The position numbers and the translations under genes were made by a program. 56,040 bases of DNA, from the IMG/VR virus record IMGVR_UViG_3300003937_000295, positions 1-56,040 of that record; one strand, 5' to 3'. The notes under the pieces are model-generated. The model was not told where the DNA came from, did no database searches, and saw only the letters and a list, made by a program, of their open reading frames with translations. Shown here piece after piece: positions 26,803 through 37,288 of this stretch (positions are counted from its first letter, which is position 1; each line of letters begins with the position of its first letter). Origin of the DNA: a virus (Duplodnaviria > Caudoviricetes).

Positions 26803-28482
26803 CTATTCTAATTCAAATGTGACGCCATCAACTTCTTCACCCGCCAGTAAACGTCTTGCTTTTTCACTTTCAATCTGGTCATCGGTTAAATTACTTTGGT
26901 CGGTTACTGATGGTTGATTGCGTATTTGTCTTTCTGGTTCCTGCTGGTTCTCTTCAAATGGTATTACTTGAAGAGGAACAGGTTGAGATTCAGATGTCTG
27001 CGGTTGTTGGACTTGATCTAAAGTGAGTGGTTCTTGACCACCAATCGCCCGCTCTTCGTTAATTAAATCAAGTTCTTCTTGAGTAGTGGTAGTTAAGAAC
27101 TCCTGTCTTTCGTTTACTCTTTCTTCATCAATACTACTTTGAGTTGGTTTTTCTTCATTAGCACCATCGACGATATTTGCATTAGTATCATCTGAACTCT
27201 GACCTTGGCCATCAGCATCTCCACCATCAGTTGATTGTCCAGACTGTTTGATATCGTCATACTCAGAACAAGATGGTTCCTCATCACACTGGAAGAATGT
27301 AAGAATACCCATTACCATATTGAGAGCATTAAATGCACTACCAATCAGGTTCATTGCTTTACCAGTAAGTCCCGTAATAAAAGATGCAAGAGGTCCAACA
27401 ACACTATCAATAAGACCCGTGATTTGCCCGAGAACGCCATCAACAAGTTTAGAAACTATATTTTCTATAGCACACATTGGTGCGTTAATAAACTTACCTA
27501 GAATGGAATCAAGTAGTCCCTCAAAAGTTTTTTGCAATCCATTTACTATTTTTGCGAAACCGCAAGACAATCCATTTAAACTCTCACTCAATTGCTGTTG
27601 TAATTTGGGAATATCAGTAGGAAATAAAAATGGTGCTACGTCTTGAATTCCTGCTTTTACTTTTTTCAATACATAACCACGAACACCACCCATAATTGTC
27701 TTCATATACGAAGCAACTTCTTGAGCAGCGCGTGAAGAAAATCCACGTACTTGAGATGTAATTCGGTTTATTTCTCCTATAAAACCTTGTGCTTTCGTTA
27801 ATTTCTTCTTTGCCTTTTCAACCTCATTAATCATATTCTTAATGGTAAGTTGAATACCCTTCATTTCAGAGTTATTCTTCTTACACTTTCGTGTTGATGC
27901 CAGAGAAGTTTTTACATCTTTATCTTCTTGATCTTCTTTTCTTGCTACACTTAATAAATTTGCAATATATGCTGTATCAGTATTTGGTGATGTGTTTGTC
28001 TTTATTAAAAAGTCAGCAACTTTTGCTTTAGGACCATAGGTATCATTGAATTGTTGATATCCTGCAATAGGTCCGGTTCCCTGCTTCTTTGGAACTTTAT
28101 CATTTGCATTTGCAAGAACGCCATCAATATAAGGTTCCTGACCACCTTCTCCATCAAGGAAAAATCCTGTTACAACACTTCCTGCCGCAAGTGCAGGGGT
28201 TTCAAAATATCCACCGTGACCAGATCCTGCTGTTACTGGAAGAACAACATTTGCCATCAAGAGTTTTTCGTCAGAAACAACTCCAGGATCTCCAGTGTTC
28301 CAACTAAAGATTCTAACTTTATATCTAAATGCCCAACCCTTTACATCTCCAGTATCAGAGAAAGTGTTAGGAACAATGTTATCTTGCCAGGTTGCACTAG
28401 AAACTATCCTTCCAAACCATCTTGGAAGGATACCAATATATTCAGGATTAAATCCAGTGGACGTTGCTTCAAGCATTATCAA
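26803..28482 (-). CDS. gp5-like baseplate hub protein (N-terminal OB fold)
   Basis: RYKVRI..A.V.LPVTAG..V.GFFLDGEGGQEPYI.G. Confidence 0.75.
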   Translation of the reverse strand: MIMLEATSTGFNPEYIGILPRWFGRIVSSATWQDNIVPNTFSDTGDVKGWAFRYKVRIFSWNTGDPGVVSDEKLLMANVVLPVTAGSGHGGYFETPALAAGSVVTGFFLDGEGGQEPYIDGVLANANDKVPKKQGTGPIAGYQQFNDTYGPKAKVADFLIKTNTSPNTDTAYIANLLSVARKEDQEDKDVKTSLASTRKCKKNNSEMKGIQLTIKNMINEVEKAKKKLTKAQGFIGEINRITSQVRGFSSRAAQEVASYMKTIMGGVRGYVLKKVKAGIQDVAPFLFPTDIPKLQQQLSESLNGLSCGFAKIVNGLQKTFEGLLDSILGKFINAPMCAIENIVSKLVDGVLGQITGLIDSVVGPLASFITGLTGKAMNLIGSAFNALNMVMGILTFFQCDEEPSCSEYDDIKQSGQSTDGGDADGQGQSSDDTNANIVDGANEEKPTQSSIDEERVNERQEFLTTTTQEELDLINEERAIGGQEPLTLDQVQQPQTSESQPVPLQVIPFEENQQEPERQIRNQPSVTDQSNLTDDQIESEKARRLLAGEEVDGVTFELE

Positions 28483-28697
28483 TCCTCATATATTCTACAC
28501 TCATCGGCATCAGGATGGGTGTCGCAATACATTTCAAGTGGAGTGGGATCGTGGTCTTCGTTTGGATGATTTCCTTGATATTGCTCAAGTTCGCCAAGTT
28601 CTGATTCAATATGACGCCTACGTTGCGGGCTTAAATTGGGGTTATCCAGTTCACCTTTATCATCATTAATATGTTGTTGAATTGATTTATCTGACAT
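28479..28697 (-). CDS. cp12: CP12 Calvin-cycle inhibitor
   Basis: SPQRRRH..EL and C-terminal PTPLEMYCDTHPDADECRIYED. Confidence 0.92.
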   Translation of the reverse strand: MSDKSIQQHINDDKGELDNPNLSPQRRRHIESELGELEQYQGNHPNEDHDPTPLEMYCDTHPDADECRIYED

Positions 28698-28703
28698 AGT
28701 TCG

Positions 28704-30044
28704 TTATGCGTTGGGTTTTCGACCATAAGAATCTCTTATCAAATTAATTGATGTGAGAGTACTTTGGGAGGTAATACGATGGCATACATCTGCTATCATA
28801 TATATGCCGCTCATCTTCTTGCTAGGTTCTTGATTTGGTTTAGAAGAAAGTTCTGGGAAATCACATTCTATGACATCACCAGCACGAAGGGAGAAATCTC
28901 CGACAAGCATTACCTGAACTTGAATAGTTCCAAGTTGATTATAGCGCATATTTGCTTGATTGGTAATGGTTTGTCTTTCTAAGTTTATTTCTTTAGATCT
29001 TTCCAACTGTTTACTCAAAGTAACGCCAACAGGCAAACCGCCAATATCAGATATATTGTAAGTAATTCTTGATGGTTTGCTTGTAAATTCACTGTTTACG
29101 AATTCAAAATCTCTTCCAGCAGGTCTAATACCTTCTTCTTGTTTATGGAAGTCAAATGGTTTTAGTTCAAACTTACTCGCATAAAAATCAAACTGCTTAT
29201 GTTCATTATTGTAAGTACCCATCATCAATTTAGGTTGCAAGTGAATGTTTGTACTTACAACAGGAGGATTTAATATTTTTCCATTATATCCGATTGGAAC
29301 TTTTGCAGTGTTATTGTAAATATATTTTTTCTTTGGTTTTTGTCCAAATAATGTATCTAGGGATTTATATTTGAATCCATCATAAGTTTCAAAGAAAAGA
29401 TAACCAGCAGATTTTCCTTGATTACTACTAATAGATTTTTTAGCCAACCAAGTGATAGTCCAGAATGGTTTTTTGATTGTACCAATAAAATTATAGCTAT
29501 TAATAGTATCTTCAATACCATCTAAGTTCTTTGGAGTTTTTATAACTTCCTTCATAATTTTTTTAACGGACTCTGATATCTTTCCATCATATCTCTCTTC
29601 AACACGAGTTAGTTCATTATCAAAAAACTCTTTTGATGATGCATCAATTGTAAATGTTTTACCCTTTGAGTAATCGTTTGTTGTATTACGAAGTTGATTT
29701 AAATATAATGCATTTTCTTCAGAGAACTTTAATTTTGTTCCTTGATTATCCTCAAAGTCCAAGAATATTTTTTCTCCACCACCAACTTTAAGACCATCAA
29801 GCAGTTCTACAAATCCACCAGTTCCATCGTCTGCTGGCAGAGCATTTCCTGTATCAACAATCTGTGTAGTTATCTTTATACTATTTTCAAAGATACTTTC
29901 ATAATAATATAACTCAACAGTACCACCTAGTAAAGAAGTTGGTTTCTTTTTATTTTTTTCGTCAACAGATTCGCTTTTAAATAAATTAGGATATATTTCA
30001 AATCTGGTAATATTACCAGACTCCGCTGCTTTTGTAAATGACAT
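28704..30044 (-). CDS. gp27-like baseplate hub protein
   Basis: YYESI, YLFFETYDGFKYKS, GDFSLRAGD, SGIYMIADVCH. Confidence 0.7.
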   Translation of the reverse strand: MSFTKAAESGNITRFEIYPNLFKSESVDEKNKKKPTSLLGGTVELYYYESIFENSIKITTQIVDTGNALPADDGTGGFVELLDGLKVGGGEKIFLDFEDNQGTKLKFSEENALYLNQLRNTTNDYSKGKTFTIDASSKEFFDNELTRVEERYDGKISESVKKIMKEVIKTPKNLDGIEDTINSYNFIGTIKKPFWTITWLAKKSISSNQGKSAGYLFFETYDGFKYKSLDTLFGQKPKKKYIYNNTAKVPIGYNGKILNPPVVSTNIHLQPKLMMGTYNNEHKQFDFYASKFELKPFDFHKQEEGIRPAGRDFEFVNSEFTSKPSRITYNISDIGGLPVGVTLSKQLERSKEINLERQTITNQANMRYNQLGTIQVQVMLVGDFSLRAGDVIECDFPELSSKPNQEPSKKMSGIYMIADVCHRITSQSTLTSINLIRDSYGRKPNA

Positions 30045-30045
30045 A

Positions 30046-32712
30046 TTACCCTATTAACGCTGGTGCAAATATACTTGGAGTATTACTATTTAATACTATT
30101 ACTCCACCACCTCCAGAAGGAGATTGTGACATCGTTTCAATCTGATCTACAATAGGAAGTAAAGCAATTTCTGTATCGCCACCCTTCTCATAATCTGTCA
30201 TATTATCAAGTCCACTAGCAACATTTCTGTTTGGTGGAGTAACATTTGCCTTTTGTTTGCCACCAGATAATCTAAATGGTGCCATTACACTATAATAACT
30301 CAAAGGATCGCTCGTGCCTTCCATCGTATTTCCAGTCCATCCAGTTCCAATTTCCCAATGTAAGTGAGGACCAGTAGACCTACCAGTGTTTCCAACAGTT
30401 GCAATCTTTTCACCCCTCTTAACACTACCAGATTTTTTAACAATGGAGTTAAGATGTGCGTACAAATGAAAATAACCGTTAGCATCTTTATATACTATAA
30501 AGTTGCCCCATCCACCAGGTTGTCCACTCTTAGCATCACTTCGACTTAAATCACCATAATCAACAATAACAGCATCAGTCACAGCAACTAAAGGAGTTCC
30601 AGTTGGAACAGCAATATCAGTTCCACCATGAGGTCTATTTCCTCTCATTTCACCAAATCTACTAGTAACAATAGGATCAACACCAAAGTATTTTTTCTGT
30701 TCTTCAGATGGCATTATTGGTTTTGCTGATGGTTTGCGTTTAGATTTATCAGACGATTCAGCAAGTTTTTTAAGTCTTTCGTCGGTTTTCGTTTTAGTCA
30801 CAAGACTTTCATAGATAGACCTAAACAAGATATCTCCACCGATACCACCTGCAGTAGCACCAATAAATCCACCGGCAACAGGTATTAACAATCCACCAAT
30901 AAATCCACCAAGGGCAGCACCAACACCAGCACCGACAGCACCAGCAGCCGCCAATCCTAATGGATCACCAAAAAGAAGACTTAGGAAAAAGTCAAGAATA
31001 CCACCAACAAGTGGACCAAGAATATTCTTCAGTGGACCTTTTGATATACCACGAAGTGGTTTGGCAATATTTTTAAGTTTTGATGGAATTCTAGATGATG
31101 TAGGGTCAGGGATGAGAGGAGTTCTCTTTGGTTTTCCTTTCGCTAATACTTCTGCAGGAGACAATGCCTTCGGCATCTTTTTGCCACCCACTCCCTGAGT
31201 TCGCTGCATTTCTCTACGTGCAGCTGTAAGTTCACTACCATAAAGTTCTGGATTTTTAAAAGCATTTTCAAGAATTAACTCTTGAACAGGTTTAGGATAG
31301 TTCTTTGCCATATACTCCAAGGCATCAGCAACATCTGGGGCAAATCTTTTTCTACCTAAACCAGGAATAGCAAGTTCAACAGTTCTTTTTCCAAGTTTTG
31401 GACTGTATACTGGTTGCCCTTTTTTGATATTTCTAATTTCTGATTTTCTTGTTTCTCTTCTTGGTTCATCATCTGCAATCATTCCAAATTCATCATTAAA
31501 CATATCTTTAATGTTGCTTGTTATAGGTAATCCTTTGACGGATTTCTTTCTCAATTTTACAAACTTTTCTGCTCTAGCGTCAAATACTTTTTGAACTGAA
31601 GTCCTTGTATCTTGCTTACCACCAAATCCACCAATAGTAACTTTTCTTAAAAGGTCACGCTCTGCTTTTAAAATTTTCCTAGCAGGACGTTTTGTGAGTT
31701 CTGCAAAAGTTCCTCTAGTAGGTTCGCCCGTTCTTGTTGGGTCAAAAAATCCTCTGGTTATTTTACCTTTCCCTTTGCGAAATTCTCTTTCAGCTTTTTC
31801 TTCCTCGAACCTTGCCTCTCTGGCTGCTCGCTTTGCATCTCTAGATCTCTCTATAACTCGATCTCTAGATGTTCCTCTTCTAGAAAGAGTTTGTATTTTT
31901 TTTCTTTTAGATTCGTCGGTAATTTTTTGTCTAAATTGTAAAAGACCAGCACCACTTAAACCTAATGCGGCAGCTGCTGCACCAGCTTTACCTTTATCAA
32001 GTCCAAGTTTTCCTAATGGTCCACCAAGACCTAAAATTGCAGTTGCTGCAATAATAGCACCGTTTAAAACCTTACCTAAATTATCAGTAAAACTATTAAG
32101 ATCATCAGATTTATCAGGTCCAATAATTTCTTGAACTTTTCCTTTTACGAAATCATATGCTTTATAAGAAGCGTCGATAAAGTTTACAACACCACCAACA
32201 ATTCCAACGGTAACATTTTTGAAAAACTCAAACGCTGGTTTTAGTTTGGTCACCATTCCCAGCAACGCAGGAATTAGTGGACCAAATTTGTCTATCGCAA
32301 ATCCAAGTAATCCATAAAGTAAAAATCTTTTTATGGTGTCTAAGAATCCAGTTCTAGGTAAATTTAATTTTGGAAGACTTGCACCAAAATTAAATTTAGT
32401 ATTACTACTTTCCTTTTCTTCTTCTCTCTTCTGTCTTCGTTCTTTTTCTAATTCTATTCTTCTTCGTCTATTTTTATTTCTTTCAAGGTTTGTTTTTTCG
32501 CCAAAAAGTTTTGTTAGAGAAATAAATTTTCTCTTAAGTAATAATGATTGACCCTTCAACTCTTTCTGTTGTGGAGTTGAAACACTATCTTCAACTTTAG
32601 CAAAGTCCTTTGTTGTTATTCTAGATGCAGGAACAAGAAACTTTTGCGAAAAAGATGCTTGATTTTTAGCAACTGGTGCTGGCAATAGTCTTTTAGGATT
32701 AACTTTTTTCAT
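30046..32712 (-). CDS. Tape-measure-like tail protein with C-terminal M23 peptidase
   Basis: Coiled coil, hydrophobic Gly/Ala helices, HGGTD, YAHL, GNTGRSTGPHLHWE. Confidence 0.8.
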   Translation of the reverse strand: MKKVNPKRLLPAPVAKNQASFSQKFLVPASRITTKDFAKVEDSVSTPQQKELKGQSLLLKRKFISLTKLFGEKTNLERNKNRRRRIELEKERRQKREEEKESSNTKFNFGASLPKLNLPRTGFLDTIKRFLLYGLLGFAIDKFGPLIPALLGMVTKLKPAFEFFKNVTVGIVGGVVNFIDASYKAYDFVKGKVQEIIGPDKSDDLNSFTDNLGKVLNGAIIAATAILGLGGPLGKLGLDKGKAGAAAAALGLSGAGLLQFRQKITDESKRKKIQTLSRRGTSRDRVIERSRDAKRAAREARFEEEKAEREFRKGKGKITRGFFDPTRTGEPTRGTFAELTKRPARKILKAERDLLRKVTIGGFGGKQDTRTSVQKVFDARAEKFVKLRKKSVKGLPITSNIKDMFNDEFGMIADDEPRRETRKSEIRNIKKGQPVYSPKLGKRTVELAIPGLGRKRFAPDVADALEYMAKNYPKPVQELILENAFKNPELYGSELTAARREMQRTQGVGGKKMPKALSPAEVLAKGKPKRTPLIPDPTSSRIPSKLKNIAKPLRGISKGPLKNILGPLVGGILDFFLSLLFGDPLGLAAAGAVGAGVGAALGGFIGGLLIPVAGGFIGATAGGIGGDILFRSIYESLVTKTKTDERLKKLAESSDKSKRKPSAKPIMPSEEQKKYFGVDPIVTSRFGEMRGNRPHGGTDIAVPTGTPLVAVTDAVIVDYGDLSRSDAKSGQPGGWGNFIVYKDANGYFHLYAHLNSIVKKSGSVKRGEKIATVGNTGRSTGPHLHWEIGTGWTGNTMEGTSDPLSYYSVMAPFRLSGGKQKANVTPPNRNVASGLDNMTDYEKGGDTEIALLPIVDQIETMSQSPSGGGGVIVLNSNTPSIFAPALIG

Positions 32713-32713
32713 A

Positions 32714-34588
32714 TTAGTTCATTCCCTCTATACCGTAGACAGCAAAGTTCAGTTGTCTAGTATCATTTGATTGCGATGGTGAGAAACTAGGAACAGAAGA
32801 ACCAGAAGCAGATGCTTGCATTTGCGGAGCAGAGTTTCTAACAATTTCAGGAAGTACTGTCATATTTGGTTTCTTAGAACGAACTGGTGGTTCTGGTGGC
32901 AATGTTATCCTTTGGACAGGAGACATCATATTGTCATTATATCTTACTGCTACAGCAGTATTCATTGAAGCACCAGAAGACATCTGAGTATCTAAAGAAG
33001 TCTCAGAACTATCAGAACTCTTTTCATCAGAAATCATCATCAAAGACTTTGCAGGTAAAGTAATTTTTCTGCTAGGTTCTGAAATCATTGGCAATCTATC
33101 ACCAAAACGATCATTATTAGAAACAATACCTTTACCAACTTCCATCATACTAGTTGGTAGTCCCATCATTCCACCACTCATTTTTTGTGAAGTTGGAGAA
33201 CCAACCATTCCACCAACCATTCCACCACCTTGAGCAAATTGAATATTATTGACAAAGTTTGGAATATTAGTTCCACCACTCTCTTTATTCAAATTCATAA
33301 AGAACTGAGAACCATAAGTATTCACAGCATTTTTAGAAATAATAAACTCACCAGGTTGTGCTGCAACTAACTGTGTATCTGGTCCGGCACCTTTAATCTT
33401 TGTGCCAGTTGTAGATGTTACTTTGCCAGATGCTCGTTCAATTGGTCTGCCAAAATAATTCCCTATATTATAAATCTTGCCACCATCTGCTCGAGCCTGC
33501 ACTGGGGGCCCTTCCCTAGGAGGTACTATTGTTCTTGTAAATGTATCTAAAATATTAAAAGGTTTTGAAAGTTCATCTGCTTGCTCTTTTGGAGTCGCAT
33601 CCTCCATTCCTTTTTCTTTTAATATATCTTGAGTCGCATTTCTACTTCTTCTTACACCCTCCACTGCTGCTCCTGTAATAGCAAGTGCTGCTGCAATCTT
33701 AGGATACTTCGCAACTAACCCAAAAAGTTTTGGACCAAGTGTTGTAAGTATTCCAACAATACCTTTTATAAAACCACCAAGAGGTGTGAAGAATAACGCA
33801 AGTCCACCTAATATTGCAGGCCAAAAGTCCTTTAAGAACCTAAACATACTATTAACCTTATCCTTATTCGCAGGATCAGAGAACCAGTTGAGAAATGACT
33901 GGAAACTTCTACCCAACAATCCAAAGAAAAGGAATCTAAAAATACTATCTAATATTCCACGAACAGGAGTAAATAATTTATTAACTACTTTAGATACTTT
34001 TTGTTGACTTTTCTCTAATAGTTTTTCTCTAGCAACTCTACGATTTCTTATCTTTTGTCTTCTCTCTAATTCTGCTTGTTTCTTCTCTTCTGCATTATCT
34101 GCTTTGATTTCTCCAAGAAGTTTATCAAGAGCTTCGTGAATACCTTTTAAGTCTTCACTGACCTTTGCTACACCAGGATTTTCTGGTATTACTGCACTGC
34201 TAGTCAGGAAGAATTTATCTTTACTTACTTTTAGTGGTGTAGAACCTGTAATAGCACCAGCATTAACAGTTCTTCTGTTTATCTTAAATCTACCAACCTT
34301 ACCCTTTACTCTTCTAAATTCATCTTGCAAGAGCATTTGCTCCTCTCTCGCAAGAGAACCACCACCCATACTAACTTGTACGAGTTTCTCTTTTAATAAT
34401 GTAAGATAGGTTGCATAGTCAATATCAAAAACTTGACCTAAACCTAATATGTTTACGACTCTTTCATCTATAGACTCATTAACTAAATCGGTGCCCCTGG
34501 TTCCCTTATACAAAGCAAGAGCAGAGCGTTCTTTCTTGCCCTCTGCCCTTATACTTGTCAGTAGATCGTCTAGTTCTTCAGGACCCAT
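32714..34588 (-). CDS. Tape-measure-like tail protein
   Basis: Coiled coil plus hydrophobic helices; GAGPDTQLVAAQPGEFII. Confidence 0.65.
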   Translation of the reverse strand: MGPEELDDLLTSIRAEGKKERSALALYKGTRGTDLVNESIDERVVNILGLGQVFDIDYATYLTLLKEKLVQVSMGGGSLAREEQMLLQDEFRRVKGKVGRFKINRRTVNAGAITGSTPLKVSKDKFFLTSSAVIPENPGVAKVSEDLKGIHEALDKLLGEIKADNAEEKKQAELERRQKIRNRRVAREKLLEKSQQKVSKVVNKLFTPVRGILDSIFRFLFFGLLGRSFQSFLNWFSDPANKDKVNSMFRFLKDFWPAILGGLALFFTPLGGFIKGIVGILTTLGPKLFGLVAKYPKIAAALAITGAAVEGVRRSRNATQDILKEKGMEDATPKEQADELSKPFNILDTFTRTIVPPREGPPVQARADGGKIYNIGNYFGRPIERASGKVTSTTGTKIKGAGPDTQLVAAQPGEFIISKNAVNTYGSQFFMNLNKESGGTNIPNFVNNIQFAQGGGMVGGMVGSPTSQKMSGGMMGLPTSMMEVGKGIVSNNDRFGDRLPMISEPSRKITLPAKSLMMISDEKSSDSSETSLDTQMSSGASMNTAVAVRYNDNMMSPVQRITLPPEPPVRSKKPNMTVLPEIVRNSAPQMQASASGSSVPSFSPSQSNDTRQLNFAVYGIEGMN

Positions 34589-34745
34589 TTTGTTGCTGCT
34601 TTAGTTTTTCTTCTTCTAAATGATTCTTCAACATAGCAACGTAAATATCACGTTCCCACGGTATCATATTTTCAATCTCTGTTAATGAGTATTTATGGTA
34701 CTGCATTAAGGAAAAATTCAGATTGTAGAAGTTTTCAAGGTCCAT
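34578..34745 (-). CDS. gp51-like baseplate/tail assembly protein
   Basis: Hand translation MDLENFYNLNFSLMQYHKYSLTEIENMIPWERDIYVAMLKNHLEEEKLKQQQNGS; not in ORF track. Confidence 0.85.
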   Translation of the reverse strand: MDLENFYNLNFSLMQYHKYSLTEIENMIPWERDIYVAMLKNHLEEEKLKQQQNGS

Positions 34746-34756
34746 ATGAACCAGGG

Positions 34757-35476
34757 CTACCCGAAAAAACTTGCAAGTCCTTCCAGTACAACTGTGCTTT
34801 CTACATCAGTATTTGGATTCTTCACTTTAATATCGTGAGATAACTTAGGCATCGTCTCAAAGAACTTCTCAATCTGTTTAAACTGCTTGGAGTTCATTTG
34901 CTCCAAGAAGTCAGTAATTTCTTTATTGGTCACATCAGCAGTGGACCAAACTTCTTCTTCATTATAAATTTTATCAATACAAGAAGTAATCAATTGGAAT
35001 GATTGATCAATCTGATTCTCTTCACTGAAGTCAAAGTTGTTCTTAATAAACTGATCCAATGAAGGATACTTCATTTCCATAATCAGAGAATCATCAATCT
35101 GAATTTTGGTTGTATGTTCTTTACTCTTTTGAACTTTAATATCATCAACGTTCAAGACAATGGGCACTGTAGTTTGCTCATCATCAGGACAGATGACATT
35201 AACTTCAATCTCTTCGCCAACCGATTTACCACGAATATTCAAAAACAAATACTCAATATCAAAAGTAGGCAGAGTTTCTACCTTAACTCCTCTAGTTTGA
35301 ATACAGTTTTTAATAACTGTCTTCATTGCTGTAGTGATATCTTTCGGATCTTCCGTTTCTAGTGCTAACACTAGAAGTTTTTCTTCTCTAACCAGAAATG
35401 GTCTATATTGAACTTTCTTTCCTGTTGATGGCAAATTCAACTCATAAGTTGGTGTTGAAATCTTTGGTAATGGCAT
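34757..35476 (-). CDS. gp26-like baseplate hub assembly protein
   Basis: MPLPKI.TPTYEL, YRPFLVREEK, FDIEYLFLNIRGKSVGE, LEGLASFF. Confidence 0.88.
   Translation of the reverse strand: MPLPKISTPTYELNLPSTGKKVQYRPFLVREEKLLVLALETEDPKDITTAMKTVIKNCIQTRGVKVETLPTFDIEYLFLNIRGKSVGEEIEVNVICPDDEQTTVPIVLNVDDIKVQKSKEHTTKIQIDDSLIMEMKYPSLDQFIKNNFDFSEENQIDQSFQLITSCIDKIYNEEEVWSTADVTNKEITDFLEQMNSKQFKQIEKFFETMPKLSHDIKVKNPNTDVESTVVLEGLASFFG
34763..34769 (-). other. Candidate -1 frameshift slippery heptamer T TTT TTC
   Basis: In-frame X XXY YYZ one codon before the gp26 stop; -1 frame is open into gp51. Confidence 0.55.
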
Positions 35477-35504
35477 AATATCCTATAGAGTATTTCAGTA
35501 TGAT

Positions 35505-35511
35505 TATTTAT
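35505..35511 (-). promoter_or_regulatory. T4-type late promoter
   Basis: ATAAATA upstream of gp26. Confidence 0.6.
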
Positions 35512-36404
35512 TAAGCAATTTGAGATGATGTTGGAACTCGAAGTGGATCATTCGGAAATGTTGCTGGTCTTAAAACAGGGGGAACAGGAACTCCTGGAGG
35601 AAATATTGTAGTCCCTGGAATTCCTGGGTCACGGGTTTCTTGAGTAACTCTCAGAGTACGGTTTGCCATATTTTCTTGTCTAATAGTATATCTAGTATAT
35701 GCAAAATTAACCGTACATTTTAAGAGTTGAGATGCCTCATAACTAATTGGCATTGTAACAATACTAAGAGGAAATGCTTTGAAGAACTGATACTGCAATG
35801 CTTTAGTAGAAATGTCATCTGCATAATCTTTTTCAAACTTTGTAATGAATAAATTATCAGTTTGATATTGTTCGGGATATCTTACTTTATAAAAGTAATT
35901 TGGATCCTCTATACCAGGTCTGTCACCTGAACTATCAAATTGCTCTCCAACAATAAATGACATCCAGTTTTCAAAAATTTTAATAATAGTATAATCATGA
36001 TCTACCATGAATGTAAAATTTGCCGTTTGATCGTATGCTCTACGATATACATGTTTTTCAGTGACTCCAGTATAAGCATTATTCAGTTCATGTGTCATCA
36101 ATGAAGAACCAGGAAGTGCTGCTTCAGAACAAGATAACTCTAAAAGTTCTCTATTTTGATAATTAAAAGGTGTTCTCTTTTGCTCCGTCCAAGTTCTCAC
36201 CAACGGTGGTAGATCAAACTTACAAGCATACTGAGACGTAAGAGAAGGTCTAAGTAACTTACTCTTAATATCACTCAGTTTTCTTCTACGATTACTAGGA
36301 CCACCATCAGAAGTCCTTGGAGTATCCACAGTATTTTGTCTAGCAGGAACTGGAGAACCTGCAGGTGTTCTATTACTCAATGAACCGTTGTCTTCTACAG
36401 GCAT
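35511..36404 (-). CDS. Tail tube-like protein (gp19/gp54 family)
   Basis: CSEAALPGSS, FENWMSFI, FFKAFPLSI..LKCTVNFAY. Confidence 0.7.
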   Translation of the reverse strand: MPVEDNGSLSNRTPAGSPVPARQNTVDTPRTSDGGPSNRRRKLSDIKSKLLRPSLTSQYACKFDLPPLVRTWTEQKRTPFNYQNRELLELSCSEAALPGSSLMTHELNNAYTGVTEKHVYRRAYDQTANFTFMVDHDYTIIKIFENWMSFIVGEQFDSSGDRPGIEDPNYFYKVRYPEQYQTDNLFITKFEKDYADDISTKALQYQFFKAFPLSIVTMPISYEASQLLKCTVNFAYTRYTIRQENMANRTLRVTQETRDPGIPGTTIFPPGVPVPPVLRPATFPNDPLRVPTSSQIA

Positions 36405-36405
36405 C

Positions 36406-36413
36406 TATAAATA
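36406..36413 (+). promoter_or_regulatory. T4 late promoter TATAAATA
   Basis: Perfect consensus upstream of gp4. Confidence 0.75.
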
Positions 36414-36439
36414 CTATTTGACCCGATATATTATGTATA

Positions 36440-36886
36440 ATGGCAGGAACGATAAAAAGTCGTTATAAACCCGAATATCCAAGAAAATATAAAGGTGACC
36501 CTAATAATATCATATGTCGTAGTTCTTGGGAAAGAAAATTTTGTCGGTGGTGTGATCTGAATGAGAATATTTTAGAATGGGGTAGTGAAGAATTTTGCGT
36601 TCCATATCGTTCTCCTATTGATAAAAGAGTTCATCGTTACTTTCCAGACTTCATTATTAAGGTAAGAGAGCAGACTGGCGAAATAAAACGTTATGTTATT
36701 GAAGTGAAACCTAAGAAACAAACCCGACCACCAGTTCAAACAACTAAAAAAAGAACGAAAACATATATCAACGAAGTGAAAACATATGCTGTCAATGAAG
36801 CAAAGTGGAAAGCAGCAGACGAGTGGTGTAAAGATAGATTATTAGAGTTTAAAATTATTACAGAAGACCAACTAGGTATCAAGTAA
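36440..36886 (+). CDS. gp4-like head completion nuclease
   Basis: KYKGDP, RSSWERKF, RYFPDF, IEVKP, VNEAKW. Confidence 0.9.
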   Translation: MAGTIKSRYKPEYPRKYKGDPNNIICRSSWERKFCRWCDLNENILEWGSEEFCVPYRSPIDKRVHRYFPDFIIKVREQTGEIKRYVIEVKPKKQTRPPVQTTKKRTKTYINEVKTYAVNEAKWKAADEWCKDRLLEFKIITEDQLGIK

Positions 36887-37275
36887 TGGCAGAGGGTTTC
36901 GGTAAGGACATACAAACTTCTTCTAGCAAAGTGTCTCAACTCAGAAAAGCACTTGCAATTGAAGGTGCCGAAGATGCTGACCTTATAATGATGAATATTC
37001 TACAAATATTCAACGAAACTGACTTAATACCTGATGCTGGTAAGTTTTATACCTTTGTATATCAAGCAAAGACTCCAAAGTTAGAGTATGACGAACATCC
37101 TTTGGTTGCAGTAACTGAAGTCTTTAGATGGGGGTTCAAAGGATATAACTATCATTGGCGTCAAATAAGACAATATACTTGGGCAGAAGTTGTGGGTTCT
37201 CTACACATTGTAAGAGAAAACGAAGTGAGATACTTAAGTTCTTTACCTTATGGAAAAAAGAGGATAAATAACTAA
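36886..37275 (+). CDS. gp2-like DNA end protector (short form)
   Basis: GKFYTFVY.AKT..YDEHPL..GYNYHW. Confidence 0.65.
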   Translation: MAEGFGKDIQTSSSKVSQLRKALAIEGAEDADLIMMNILQIFNETDLIPDAGKFYTFVYQAKTPKLEYDEHPLVAVTEVFRWGFKGYNYHWRQIRQYTWAEVVGSLHIVRENEVRYLSSLPYGKKRINN

Positions 37276-37288
37276 AAATGTATGTCTG

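Noticed and set aside
28479-28697. CP12 inside a structural operon as novel
   Set aside because: Cyanophage cp12 is well described
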